Below, one piece after another: positions 1 through 12,403 of a stretch of 64,000 bases of DNA (the stretch's first letter is position 1; each line of letters begins with the position of its first letter). The stretch lies in contig NKIB01011728.1 in assembly GCA_002256025.1 (NCBI GenBank), positions 1-64,000 on the forward strand, written 5' to 3'. The notes under the pieces were generated by a model that saw nothing but the letters and a program-made list of their open reading frames with translations, was not told the DNA's origin and did not search any database. The translations under genes were made by a program, and so were the position numbers. This stretch comes from Asterionella formosa (lineage: Eukaryota).

Positions 1-127
1 CGTTAAGTATTCCTTGAAAGTTCTTGTAGCACGCGTATGCGAGAAACTTCGCTTTCCACATGTGCCATTTAGCATCTTGCCCATCGAATGTCGGCAACCT
101 CACTGACGTGTCTTCGTCACTTCCCAT
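1..127 (-). CDS. Ty1/copia (CoDi-like) gag-pol N-terminus, runs off the window start
   Basis: Manual translation from ATG at 127: MGSDEDTSVRLPTFDGQDAKWHMWKAKFLAYACYKNFQGILN, matching the copia gag 'LP.FDG....W..W...F.AY' pattern; directly downstream of a TG...CA LTR. Confidence 0.8.
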   Translation of the reverse strand, partial: MGSDEDTSVRLPTFDGQDAKWHMWKAKFLAYACYKNFQGILN

Positions 128-171
128 GGTTCCTGAGTAGCCTGTGGCCTTAAAGTGAACGCTTTAAAGCG

Positions 172-550
172 TGTTGAAAGGTCTCGTACTCCTTCCCGTC
201 TGACGGGTTCTTCTTACGTAAAACTTACCTGTTATACCACTAGTATTGTTATCTTCTTTCTGCTGCTAGCCTTCGTGCTAGTTTTCGCTATTGACCTTAC
301 TCTGTCAATTCTCACTGTTTCTTAATTATAAGATTAAACTAAAACTAAGTTTCAATCCCATTCATCACACTTCGAGAACCTGTTCTTCGTGTTCCCTTTT
401 CGTTGATGTAAACCTTCTTCTGATTGATCTAAGACATCAATCTCGTTAGCAAGCTTCTTGACATGGGAACGCACCATTTGACTCATTGGACTATAGTCGA
501 GTCCACAGTCCTTGTGACTCATTATAGCCATTGATGCTATATTCTTGACA
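172..550 (-). mobile_element. 5' LTR (~379 bp) of a copia retrotransposon
   Basis: On the minus strand it begins TGTCAAG (550) and ends TTTCAACA (172), 45 nt before the gag ATG; the left-terminal boundary is supported by a homologous fragment at 60374-60470 that stops at the same point. Confidence 0.7.
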
Positions 551-1210
551 CACCACATGGTACGAGAATGATGCTACGCACAGCTTTTCCATCAGTCCCA
601 GTCAGGAGAATACCAGTAATCATGACCCTAGTTTATACATCATTTTCTGGATTGATTGTCGTTCATCCTATACTTGTTGGCAACATGGCTATGCCATCAC
701 CAATACAAAAAGCAAGCCAATAACAGTGCATCCTCCAGTGCCATTTTTTGGAGCACTGACCCACTTACTAAGTACGCCCTAGTTGCGTCTTTGTTATCTG
801 GACATTCGTGATCCTCATAGATTTTACCCGATATATCTTGCCAGACGAGATATTGTCGTGCGTGACCAAACCAATGCTGAAGCACATTAGACGAGAAAAT
901 TTCCTGAAGCAGCGAAAGGAATATTTTTCGAGTAGCTGCAACAGCAGGTAAAACTTATTGATGAGTTTTATGCGACGTATCTGGAACGTTTCAAGGGTGA
1001 AGTGGCAACTTCTTTTAAAACATCCCTACGGAACGATTTTCAAGTGCCCTTTACTTTATTAACCACCACATACTGCAAATTGACCAGCAAAGACTACATG
1101 AATGACTATTCAGTCAAGGTTGCGGAGGTAAGCCAAGTTCACCGTAGATTTTGATGGTGAATATTTCTCTAGAAACGTTTTGTTACTCTTAACTTCCTTT
1201 TTGTAAATAA

Positions 1211-2686
1211 TTATATGGATGCATTGTGCGTATATGTCACTGGATCAAAGTTTGGCTGCTGTTGAACGGGATTATTCCAGTCCTCACAGGCATCGCGATA
1301 TCCCATCATTCGATAGACAAGCTTCCTGTCGATCAATCCACCTCTTAGCTCATTAGCTTTTGCCATTATTTCTTTCTCTCGCATTTTTAGATCACAGACT
1401 TGATTCTCGAAGGATCTAAACTTATCCAGAAGACTATTGACGTTCATATACTGAACTTCACGCCGATTTGCGGAACCATCGTCAATGTCCTGCAAACACA
1501 TAGTTTCATAGACCTTTTCAAGTTTGTCGAATGGTACTCTGGGAGAAGTACTTGCGTATGATGCGTCATTGTCGAGCGCTGCAGTATTGTTTTCGTCCTG
1601 AAATAATCTAGTTCTGTGGACTACTTTGTGGAGAAGACTCCCCGGTGGGGGCAAAATCGTCTTCACTCGCATGGATGATATGATTTGCAATACCTGTCGA
1701 GAGTTCAATTTAGGAGCTCTTCCTTCATTTGCATCCGCGAAAAATTGATTGAGAGCCGCAGATCCCAGTTTCTCTCCAAGCTGTAATGCATCCCAAGAAT
1801 ATACTACATTTGTGGAATTTTGGATTATTTCCTCGTCTTGCTCGTCATCGGTATACTCATCAGAAGCTTCCGAATATGTCCCGACATTCTCCTCATTTTC
1901 TAAGTACAACTTTCGACTTGCTATCCTTCGGTTGGACGAAGTTGGAAGTTTAAGTTTATGTCGTGCTCTCGGCGGAACAGGTGGGCGAGTTGCAGCGTTG
2001 CCTGCATTTTGTTTTGAAACAGTCCCATCAGGATCGCGTGTTTGCCTTTGGTGTGTCATTTTAATCACGCCTTCCGTATTAATCCCTTCCTCGATGTTTT
2101 CCGGTTTGTAGGTACGTTTAGGAATAGCAAGGCGCGACGAGGCAAAGCTAAGCCTTGAGACTGGCCTTGTCGACGTCGTCAGTCCTGACACGATTGGAGT
2201 GATTTCACCTAATCGAGCTCGTTTGGCTATTGGAGTACCACGAGATCCTTCTAACCCTCGTTCGGGTGTCTTTGGGACGCTAGTCGATCGCTTTGTCTGT
2301 GCTGGGCAGACAGCCCCTTCCGGATGCCTTGAGGTGTCAGGTGTTGAATGGTCAGGCATTTCTATCTGGCTGGTGTTGTCAATTTCGAAAGGCACATAAA
2401 TCTCTTTAGAATCTCTAACATTACAGAATGCCTCGCCTAGAGCTCCTGGAGGCAACGAAGCAACAGATTTTGACTGATAATTTAGATAGCTAGCAGCTTG
2501 CGCGCCACCCAAGGATTGCTCGTGAACACAACTTGATTTTGCGACCACTTCCTTTCCGTTTTCATTAACCATTGGCTCTTTTTTATAGTCCAATGATGGG
2601 CTGGCATTCATCTGATCGGCATCATCTCGGGTTGTATCAGTCGTCGACGGATCTTCATCGCTGCAGACGATGGTTGTTCTCGTCAT
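1211..2686 (-). CDS. Hypothetical, largely disordered protein with C-terminal coiled coil
   Basis: Long open frame (1211-2776); probable start MTRTT at 2686; S/T/P-rich, no recognisable domain. Confidence 0.65.
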   Translation of the reverse strand: MTRTTIVCSDEDPSTTDTTRDDADQMNASPSLDYKKEPMVNENGKEVVAKSSCVHEQSLGGAQAASYLNYQSKSVASLPPGALGEAFCNVRDSKEIYVPFEIDNTSQIEMPDHSTPDTSRHPEGAVCPAQTKRSTSVPKTPERGLEGSRGTPIAKRARLGEITPIVSGLTTSTRPVSRLSFASSRLAIPKRTYKPENIEEGINTEGVIKMTHQRQTRDPDGTVSKQNAGNAATRPPVPPRARHKLKLPTSSNRRIASRKLYLENEENVGTYSEASDEYTDDEQDEEIIQNSTNVVYSWDALQLGEKLGSAALNQFFADANEGRAPKLNSRQVLQIISSMRVKTILPPPGSLLHKVVHRTRLFQDENNTAALDNDASYASTSPRVPFDKLEKVYETMCLQDIDDGSANRREVQYMNVNSLLDKFRSFENQVCDLKMREKEIMAKANELRGGLIDRKLVYRMMGYRDACEDWNNPVQQQPNFDPVTYTHNASI

Positions 2687-2803
2687 TTTTCGACTGAATA
2701 TATCGTAACTGCGACATGATATGGAAAACCAGTATGTATGATAACTATCGGTACCTCTGCTCTTCAATATAACCATGTACCGGTACCAGGTACCCTGGTA
2801 GGG

Positions 2804-2874
2804 AGTTGCGGTACAAGACGGTTTTGACTACCGGGAGGAGGAAAACAAAGCTAAACTTCTCATTTACCGCAACT
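2804..2874. mobile_element. Tiny MITE-like element, copy 1
   Basis: Perfect 10-bp terminal inverted repeats AGTTGCGGTA/TACCGCAACT; same termini as 44520-44611. Confidence 0.5.
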
Positions 2875-3512
2875 TGCATACCCGGTAGGTCCCTGTGGTA
2901 CACCTGACTTGTCATTACTAGCTCTCGACGTACCGGCCAGTATCATATTAGCAGCCTTGGTTCAAATTTATTTCCGGTAAATCGCCGGTTACAAGGTACA
3001 TTGCTACATACTCCTCCTGCCAGGGCATATGCTGGGCATGAACAACGAAAATCCAGGTTCGTACTTCCACCTCAAAATATGCCAAGTGCGACCAGATACC
3101 GTGGTATGAACCCTGTTTCTCACTTGCGTTATGAATGTCACCCTCTGAAATAAACAAGGCAGCATGATCAACCTCAATCTCACGAAACTTGAATATCGGT
3201 ACCAGTACCTTCGTACAATCTGTTGAGCAAGCAGCAAGCAAGGTATAATATATGTTTACCGGGGGTAGTTGACTGACTAATTAATGTAACAACTGCTTTT
3301 ATAGTCTATTGCAGTTATAATATTATAACAAGGAAATGAAGTAGCAACAAAGGATTGCCGCAGTGCAGATCGAATCATCCAACATGTACCTTTGCATCAT
3401 GCGAAAGAACTGGCGGAGTGAAATTGCTTGTAGTTCGTTGCAACCCGGGTTGATCAAATGAGCGGCCTTGGTGGAATAGTAGTATTGTTACAGAGTAGCG
3501 TTTTTCGTCCTT

Positions 3513-3959
3513 CTACTGAGGAGCAGGTGTAGTTTGTCCCGGAGAAAGGCTGGGAAGGCGAGGTGCTGGTGCAAGGGGTCTTCCAGGAGGTAGGGGTGCG
3601 AAGGAGAATGTAAACATTGGTTCAGCAGTTGTAGTAGGGCTAGAATTGTTCATCCTTTCCCGTTTCTCGCGAAATGCTTGGCCACTCCCTTCCTTAGGAA
3701 AATCACTTTCGTCGTCAGATATGGTTGCGATTCCATCGATCTTTCCATCAGATCCTTTAAGAGCCTGCCTGTCATTCCAGGCCGTAGAGGAAGAATGACG
3801 AATTGGTAGATAAACGTCCGAACGCTTTCTCAACGCAAGGATTGCTTGTACCACTTCAAGCGATGACGGTGAGTTCATCCTTTGTTTCTTTGAAGGAGGG
3901 TGCGTTTTCATAGTTACATCAACGATTGGGGCCCTTTTCGTTGCAAATTGATTAGCCAT
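3513..3959 (-). CDS. Hypothetical 148-aa protein with basic NLS-like motif and Pro-rich C-terminus
   Basis: ATG-started ORF; PSKKQR motif; C-terminal PLPPGRPLAPAPRLP. Confidence 0.6.
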   Translation of the reverse strand: MANQFATKRAPIVDVTMKTHPPSKKQRMNSPSSLEVVQAILALRKRSDVYLPIRHSSSTAWNDRQALKGSDGKIDGIATISDDESDFPKEGSGQAFREKRERMNNSSPTTTAEPMFTFSFAPLPPGRPLAPAPRLPSLSPGQTTPAPQ

Positions 3960-4119
3960 GGTTTATTGCGTTTTGCTTCTATGATTGCTTGGTGTTAAAT
4001 ATGATTCTGAAATCAGACGTGATGCAATTGGATTTTTGATAGTCTGTCTGGACGAGTGGTGGATGCAAAATTGCTCCACCTTGTTCCTGACTCTCGTACC
4101 TAGTATATACTCCCTCGAC

Positions 4120-4935
4120 TACAGTACCAGGTACCTGGTACCAGGTTCTGCAGGGAACAGGCCCCTTGACGCCCTGACACTCTATCTGGTACTGTACCAG
4201 GTAAAACGTACCAAGGTAAACAGGAATACCGTACTATTATTGGTACCAGGGTACCTGGTACCTCTAATTTAGATTCTATACGAAGTGTCCGAAGATTCAA
4301 ACCAAGATTAGTTCCGTGTTTGTGATTCGAATCCTAAAAGGATGTTCTCTCATTACTGTTTGGAGAGCTTGATGATTCATCTACGGTAGGAGTATGTACC
4401 AGGTATTTAAACAGGTTACATTTGTACCCTCTGGTATCACCCTTGTTTCGTCATATGTAAGATCAATGGATAACAATACGTCCACCAATAGCCAAAATTT
4501 ATTAAATATAATAGATGGTAAATAGGAAAGTACATCGTGACACTTGGTTATTAGTCACAAGTACATTTTCTGATTTTCTTGCATTTGCAAGTGCAATCGA
4601 TTGATTACCAAACCTCAACTTCTGGAACTTTCTTAACACAATGCCGAGAACGTTGGTACCAGGTACCCGTACCTGGTACCAGGTACCGGTGTTGTCCTTT
4701 CAACGAAGTGTAACGGTAATCTGGGAACAATTTTATATCTCGTCTGGCGGAACAAACAGTCTGGGCCTATCACAGCAATTGTGTGGAGTGGTTTCTGTGG
4801 AGGACTATGTGGTACCAGGTAGCGGGTACTCGGTGTACAAGGGTGTGATGTATGTACCAGGTACTATGTATCACCAAGGTCCTCCGTACATGGTGTTGTC
4901 TTGACTGCTGAACGGAGTACCGGTACCAGGTACCG
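4120..4935. repeat. Clusters of GGTACC/CCAGGTACCTGG palindromic motifs
   Basis: Many overlapping ggtaccagg/cctggtacc units at 4123-4262 and 4654-4935. Confidence 0.8.
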
Positions 4936-6001
4936 GTAGCTGGTCCTGGTAATCCGCGAGTTGATTCGAAGAATGACCCATTTTGCAATTTCGCAGGATG
5001 CCTTCGTTTAGGGTGACAATTTATTCTTTATTTGTGTCGTGCTTTGTACACACTCCCCGAGTAATGAAAAAATGCGATTCATTTTTTATGTGCGTATGAA
5101 AGTGCACATCGCCTACCGGCCACGGTACCAGGGACAGGCAGTCTACCCAAACAAACCTTAGTGACTGTGGGAACCTGGTACTATTGTGTTAAGAAACCAG
5201 AGGTTGATGTATGTTGGCCTACCGGTAGTATGTTCATTCACCAAAACGCTAGCAACTCTCTTTTCTTCGATATTTGCCTTGCTAAATGCCGATCACCATG
5301 CCACTCATTCATTCTTACTTTTCTCTTGTTGTCATTGCGTTGTCTACTTCTTTGACTGGTGCCACCATTCTTATTGTTCATATGATGAGTGGAAATGTCA
5401 AAGAGAAGCTGAAATCCCAAGCGAAATTGCTTGTTCTGACATGCTTAACATTTGTCAGTGCCTATACCCCCTGCATCCATAACTATGCAAATTGCCAATA
5501 CTATTAAGAATCAATTCTCAGTTGATAAATGACTTGTTCACATCATTTGCTTAAATTAATCATTGTATTGTACTAGTCATTATAGTATTGTACTGTAGCT
5601 AGTACTGTAAAGTGTCAAATCTGTTTGTATCATCGTCATTTTGAATTGTGAACCTCTGAATTACATGAAAAATGGAGATGTCAGCAACTTCAATTTTCGT
5701 TGTCAAAATTAGTGCAATGGCAATCATTCTTTGATGACTGTTTTGCCTTTGTCATGTTTGAAACTATATGTACCAAATAGGAAAGCGTCATTCTTATTTT
5801 TAGGTAGTAAGATATTCACCATTTTCGTCATGGTCAAGATTGAAAGGTTGAGACAACATGAAGAAGGATTCTCCAGCTGATCACAATGATTACACTCTAG
5901 TGTTTTATATATAAAAGGATCGCGTGTTCTCAGCTAAATATTTATATATCAGCTAGTACAAGGGCTACCACGGGCACCCTTAGCATGATTCTAGCCATAT
6001 A

Positions 6002-6366
6002 AAAAAGATAGTATATTTTATAGCCCATTCGTACTCCCCGATTTCTAGACAAATATTTCATTGTGCTACCTGCCAACAAGACCTGTGTTTCCCTAGTTTT
6101 GTTTGCATAGGTGAGTCCCCAACCACCTTTCATGAAAGGTGATCATCTTAGCTGCATCGTTAGGGGAAACTCCAACCGCCTAGGAAGGCGGCACAAGATG
6201 CATGAAGGGAAGGGGGCAACCCACTATTTCTTGCGCGCCAGGCAAGACCGTGTGGGACGGTAAGGAGTGTGGGAGTCAAACCCATCAATTGGTTCTCAAA
6301 AAAAACGGGAGTCGAACCTCACAACCTCAGATCAAAGGCAACATGCAAAACCACGAAGCCATTCCC
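6002..6366 (-). mobile_element. tRNA-derived SINE, family 1, copy A
   Basis: Homologous over ~350 bp to 40589-40963 (inverted); A-box-like TGGCTTCGTGG and B-box GGTTCGACTCC in the head; 16-bp flanking direct repeat TGATTCTAGCCATATA (5986-6001) / TGATCCCAGCCATATA (6367-6382). Confidence 0.8.
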
Positions 6367-6994
6367 TGATCCCAGCCATATATATATACCATTACTTTTC
6401 AAGTTGCAGTCATCTTGCTAAAATGGAAAATTTGATGTAGGACAGGCACTTCATTTCTTCATACTACATAGAAAACTTCATCAATTCTCTCATTGAAACC
6501 ATCTGTATCACCTCCCAATGTGTTTGGAGGCAAATGCACCAATTAGCTGTCTCTCAATAAACCCGACATGACAACAATCCTTGACATCCTGTCTCCCAAC
6601 AAATAAGACTGCGATATCAGTCTCCTCTCTATCAGTCACCATGTAATCAAAATGATAACTTTCTCAAATTCAATGATTCTGCCTGGCACAAGATCATTGC
6701 GTCAACAGACATGGTGGATGTCACACAAATGGCAATTATTGCTGGCCTTGAGCCCAAGAATACTTGCCAATATATTTTCATTTCGATTTTTTTTGTTGCC
6801 AAATTTTCTTTTTGCAAGGCATTTTTACTCTTGTTTGTTGCAGGTGTAGTCAGCCGATCTTGATTATTGCATGCCACTGTATGTAGAACAAAATTGCTGT
6901 GCTGGCTGGCTAGCTAAATACAAGTTAATTCAATATCCCGTCTAAGCGATCCACAAGTATCGCTATTTAGTGTTGCTAACGTTCTCGTAAATTC

Positions 6995-7072
6995 ACTAAT
7001 CTAACTGATGTACCTGTTGCCTGCATCGTCTTGCATAGAAAATGCATGTTACTCCTACAGAGGGCTTCTTAA
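6995..7072 (+). repeat. ~78-bp dispersed repeat, copy 1
   Basis: Diverged direct copy at 41336-41412 (actaatcta.ctgatg...catagaaaatgcat...ctacaga.ggcttcttaa). Confidence 0.75.
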
Positions 7073-9159
7073 GCCTGCAGCCCCGGCTAAACCATAGCTT
7101 CGAGGGAAGCATCGCTAGGGTTGCTGGGGTTGTAAAATTGGCATGGAACAAAGCGTTTGTTTCTGTGAATTCCCATGATTCAAGTGTCCGTTTTAATTTT
7201 TAAATTGAATAGCAATCAGCGCCAGATCGATAGAGTTCCCTTTCAAGCAAACAAAAAAGAGTATTTACAGGTTTTGTATTATATCGTCATCGGTGCGTGT
7301 AGATTTTTAATAATCCACGCCAAAACACATATATTAATCAGGATATGCCGATATGTATGATCATGGATCTTGTTCAAACAAGCAAAAGAAATGATATTTC
7401 ATGTTAACATTGAATCAACATTGCTGTATGTAGATACAATATTTCTCTGCACACAAAGGGACATGTTTAAATGAAAAAGTGTTAGGCCTAACACTTCTTT
7501 CATTGATAATAAGAATGATAGTTGATATGCTTCATGCATCCATTTGTCAACAACCACATAAATTCGATTTTCTCGATCAATTTATGCCCGATTTTACTTC
7601 AGAAATTTGCGGTCGATAGCAAACATAACCAAAATAGATCAAGTCTAGCACTTAAAAATTGATATAAAATCATGATTCATTCCGAAGCTGTTTTGTTGAT
7701 CATTAAGGCTGGATATTACTTGCATCATGTATTATGTCGCGATATTTCTCGAGATCAATTTCGTTTCATTTTTATCAATCAATTAAGGGCCAATTTCACT
7801 CAAACAATTTATAAGTATTGTCGATAGTTTAAAATAGTGCTCAAAGAATGTTTGTTAAGGGCAGGTCTTAAAAGAGATACAAAATTTTTAAATCTGTATC
7901 TCACACATCCGGGTGTTATGTTGCTTCCAGCAGCACAATTTTTGTTGATCCGAAATGTGTATCTGCTGGCTGCTGTATATCGCTGCAGATAGAGCATTGC
8001 TCAAGCGACGCTAATTTTATAAATTTATTTTATGTCATCTAAGTAAAAAATAGCAAACGCACCATTTTTATATCCAACGGCAACAACAGAAAGGAATTTT
8101 GGTTGGAGGGATCACCAGTAGATATCATTATTCGAACACATGTAGTTATGGTATGATTCAGTATTTCTTGCAACATTTACGAGTTGCGCTTCTTGTTGTT
8201 GCTACTTTTCATACATAGAGAAACTGGATGGGAAAAATGATGGCTTTCTCGCTTTAATTAGGAATGGATAGATACGCCTTAGCCGCAACCAAAATGAGAG
8301 GTTATTTAAGTTATTTGAGCATCTACACTTCCTCAATAAAAACTGAATTTCAATTTAGCTTTCCTGTTCCAAATCTTTTTATGAAAAGCAAGCCATTACT
8401 CATTGTTCAGATGTTTCATGTTGAACAACTCCACAATAGAGTAGTAACACGGTGGGTCAACGCAATAGCCAGTTACACGCATGTGCGCGTTTCAAAGTCA
8501 TTTGCTCACTCTAAATGAGACTCGGCGGGCAGTGAGGACGATGATGGGCGGTGCGGGCTTCATCAGTTCTAGTCATGATGACGTGATTTTCGTTGATTGC
8601 GGTGAGACTACCACAGACAAGGAAGATATGGAAGTCTCAATCGAGAGGACTCAACTGTTAGTCAAACTACTAGCACCGGCAGCACGTCGCATTCTTCAGT
8701 AGATAATACCAGTCAACCAAACTCATAATTAGTGAATGTATCTGAAGCCCAACAAAAGTTTTTGGTAGAAAAGAATTTCGAAAGCACTGGTGTTCAATCT
8801 GTTGCGCCTCGTCGAGTAAGTGAGCAAACCTCCCACTCAAGGCCAAGACCCAAATCTTCATCGATTAAATATTGATTCGTCCATTACTCGAAAACAGGCA
8901 CCAAAAAGAATCGAAAGTGTCCATGACATGTCCAAGGAGTGAAACACTTGGCGATCTTCCAGTCGTGGTGACAAAGGCAAGGCAATTCCTGTGCGTGAAA
9001 GTTCTACCGATACACAAGCTTCTACCAACAAGACAACTAAAATGAGCTATGAATCCAGAGGATTCTGAGAATTGCATTTTAGATATAACGACCGCCCCAT
9101 CACTGTCACTGTAGATGCTTCTGGAATCACACAATAATTAGCAAGCAACAACAAGAGAA

Positions 9160-9400
9160 CTGGCTGGGTATTTCGTCTACACCTAGCCTGATGGACAACA
9201 ATACACTGCCTGGAGATTGGTTGGATAGAAAATTCACGGCCAAAGTACATATACTTGGCCTAATTGAGGTCCTCTTTTTGCCAGTTCATACAAGAATGGA
9301 CTAAAGTATGGAACTGTCATTTTGAGTGGCCAGATGGCTACAAATATGATGGTGAATTCAATCTTGGGAGGCATTATGGGAAGGGTTCGTCTGCAAATAA
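9160..9400 (+). pseudogene. Decayed MORN-repeat coding fragment
   Basis: Broken MORN-like units: YT*PDGQQY, HGQSTYTWPN*, WPDGYKYDGEFNLGRHYGKG, with stops. Confidence 0.55.
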
Positions 9401-11851
9401 AAAGAATCGTACGCACAAGATCAGGGGTATTGTACAAAAACTGGCACAGAATTTTTCTGTGCATGATATGCATTTTGTTATTTGAGTGATAGGTACATAA
9501 CATACATATGAATATTTGATTAGCATGTTTATACTTACAAAGTTTGATCACAATGTTCCAATATTGATCAATATTGACTCATATCGATAACCACAAGTAA
9601 TCATACCAATACAGTAATTCAGTAACTACAACTCAATTTGAAATCATCACTTCCCTTCGAAATTCAATTGCTCTTCTCATGATGATGAATTACTAATTGT
9701 ATTTATAAGACCATCATCGATTTACGTTAGCTACATCCTATATTGTGTATTCGTTCATCTTATAGCCATATTAATACCATCGTATTTCTATGAAAGTATC
9801 TGTCCAAAATATGTGGAAACAGACAGTCATTTAATTCCTAAATTTAGAATTGTTTCTATCTAACTATATAAAGAGTTGTAAGACACCGTCTCAATCCTGT
9901 TCACTCTCTTGTATGCTGCTTCCCTGCTACCCCGCCCGTTTCTGACACAACTGTAACTGCCAATTGTCTATGGCCTTTCCCTTTTACTCCTCCGATTCTG
10001 AAGGATAAACTGATGTTGCTGATAGCGGCGGGTTGCCTCTCCCCATTCCGTTGTTGTACTCCGTTTCAGAGCTTTCCTTCATTATTAGTATTCATGTTAA
10101 TGTTGTAACAATTGCCAAGCAAATACTTGTTAGTCATTTTAGTCTTAATAGTATGCAACAACTTGCAGTTCCATTCTATTTTCACTTACCATGAATAGAT
10201 GTATTCCGTCACACAGGTTTCTCAACACAATGTGTCAATCGATCCATTTTGATTGTTCACAGTATTAACTAATGGGAAGTAAATATGTGTTAGGCTTGTT
10301 TAGTAGTTTTTATTACAACAGGCAGTTCCAATCATTATGGTATGGTCACTTACCGCAACAATGATACAAATACATGTTCAGTTTCCGTATTCCTCAATAA
10401 ATTGTGGTCATGTTGATGTTTAGAACTTCCATATACTCTTTGTATAAAATTACCCTGACATATGTAAAAGGATGTGTTACTTTCTGTTCCAACAGGTGAT
10501 TCTTGTGAGCATTGATCCAACGACAGCACTTACCGCAACCGTCATTTCTTCACATTGAATTTGTCCCCACAAGTATACATATTCAGGTAAGCAATGAATC
10601 ACTTGAAGAGAAAGCACGCATTTAGTTACTGTCAAGCCAACAATATAATATTCTGACATATTCCATTGACTTACCATGGCTTTCGGCCTTCTGTTCAGCG
10701 CCATTCCGTATTGTGTTTCCAATGAAGTTGCAAGGTATCGATAAATTGATCTGTTGCGGTAATAAACTGTTTATCTGTGTGTTGTTTATTCATTTCATGT
10801 AGTGTACATGAGAATGAAGATGTACCCACAAGTCCCAAAAAATTGAGCCAACCATACATGTATTTGTATGTTTGAATATTTCAAACACCCTTGTACTATC
10901 GTACACATAGATCTGACTATCATCTATATTACCATACTTAATTTGATTTTATGCAATGTTGTAAGATTTCATTTGTTTTGAACTTAGTAGGCTGTAAAAA
11001 TTTCAGTACGTGATATTACCAATATTACTACCCATACCAAATTTGATTATATCCAATGCTGTATGAGTTCATGATTTACCACAACCTAATCTAGAGTATA
11101 AATTTAGGTTTTACGACAATTCGGTACAGAGTAATAGTTAATAAAAATATTAAGCCCCATCATGGACGTGACATATACGTGAAAAAGGATTAGGGTTAGA
11201 ATGCGAACTATGAATACTGCGGTTGTACAAAATTTGATGTAAAAATGATCTTAGTACGATTAGTTGTTTAGTATGATCATAACTCTAGTTTTTGTATTAT
11301 GGTGGTGTACAGTAATACATTTTACAACATGCAATGTTGTAAGTAGTAGAGCCCTATTTTCTATCATGTTCACAAGTAAGGACTGCTAGGAGTAAGTACC
11401 GGTAGTAAGAAGGTACCGGTAGTTATGAACAACTGCGTACATCTTGTTGAAGGACATGATATGATGATGTACATACCTGGTAGGATGATCTTTTTCCAGT
11501 TGTAAACATACATGAATATACAACATCTTTCTATCCATAAGTGTGTAAGTAGCTACCGGTACGTTACTTGTCCATCGCAAAGGTACTTGTAAGAGCATGT
11601 TTGATCTCCCATTTTCCTTAGTTTTAGCAACACTTAATCATATGCTCCTTGTCCTTCCTCGCCACACCTATTATTCAATGCCTCCAAAACCAGTGCGAGA
11701 TGCTGTAAATATTATATCGTGAAGTGGCTCGAAGCCATTTTTAACTGGTACCTGGTACCAGGTACTAACAATAGCTACCGGTAAGAAGTAAATAGCACCC
11801 TGGTGGTATCTATGTACCGGTATATACCGGTAGGACTTGCAACAAAAATAT

Positions 11852-11899
11852 TGCTGAAGGCAATACACGCCCGAGGTGGTCTCTTGCCTGCGAGTATAC
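11852..11899 (-). repeat. 48-bp GC-rich repeat, near-identical inverted copy of 31396-31443
   Basis: 47/48 identity by manual alignment. Confidence 0.9.
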
Positions 11900-12403
11900 C
11901 GGTACATAGAGCGGGAACAATTGCTTTAGCACCGGTATGCACTTCATTTTCAGTCCCTGTACAGTGCTCTGCCTATGTAAATGATAGTGATATACGTTCG
12001 TAGAAACGACGCTGCTCTGTAACATGTTCATTTTTGTCAATACAATGGTAAATTGCAATCTGCAGTGATTCTAGGCATGTATATTTCAATTATGTTATCT
12101 GATGGTCGTACTTTAAATGAGTAGGGTCGAGCAGACGCCGCGAGAGAAATACTCTGGTACGACTCAAGGCATTGACGAGTTGGCTGAGCGGTGATACCGA
12201 TTTACCGATTAGCCCCTTTTTTTAGTCTGTTTGCATTCTGTATGTACCAGGAAGGATGTTAAGGATACCAGGTGCAGCAATATATTTGTCGGCATTAGCG
12301 TTGATGCTAGTAAGTCATTTATGGCTATGTGGCTGTTTGTCATATTTTTTCATTGGAAGACATCATTCATTAATTCCAACAGCCCATTTTTTTCTTTCCT
12401 GTA

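Noticed and set aside
352..558. 68-aa ORF similar to ORF 60369-60620
   Set aside because: Similarity is explained by nucleotide homology of non-coding LTR sequence
10150..10750. SET-domain pseudogene on the minus strand
   Set aside because: Only vague Cys-rich fragments; cannot be supported without a search
11190..11200. Telomere-like TTAGGGTTAG or telomerase template
   Set aside because: Under two repeat units; expected by chance, with no supporting promoter or structure
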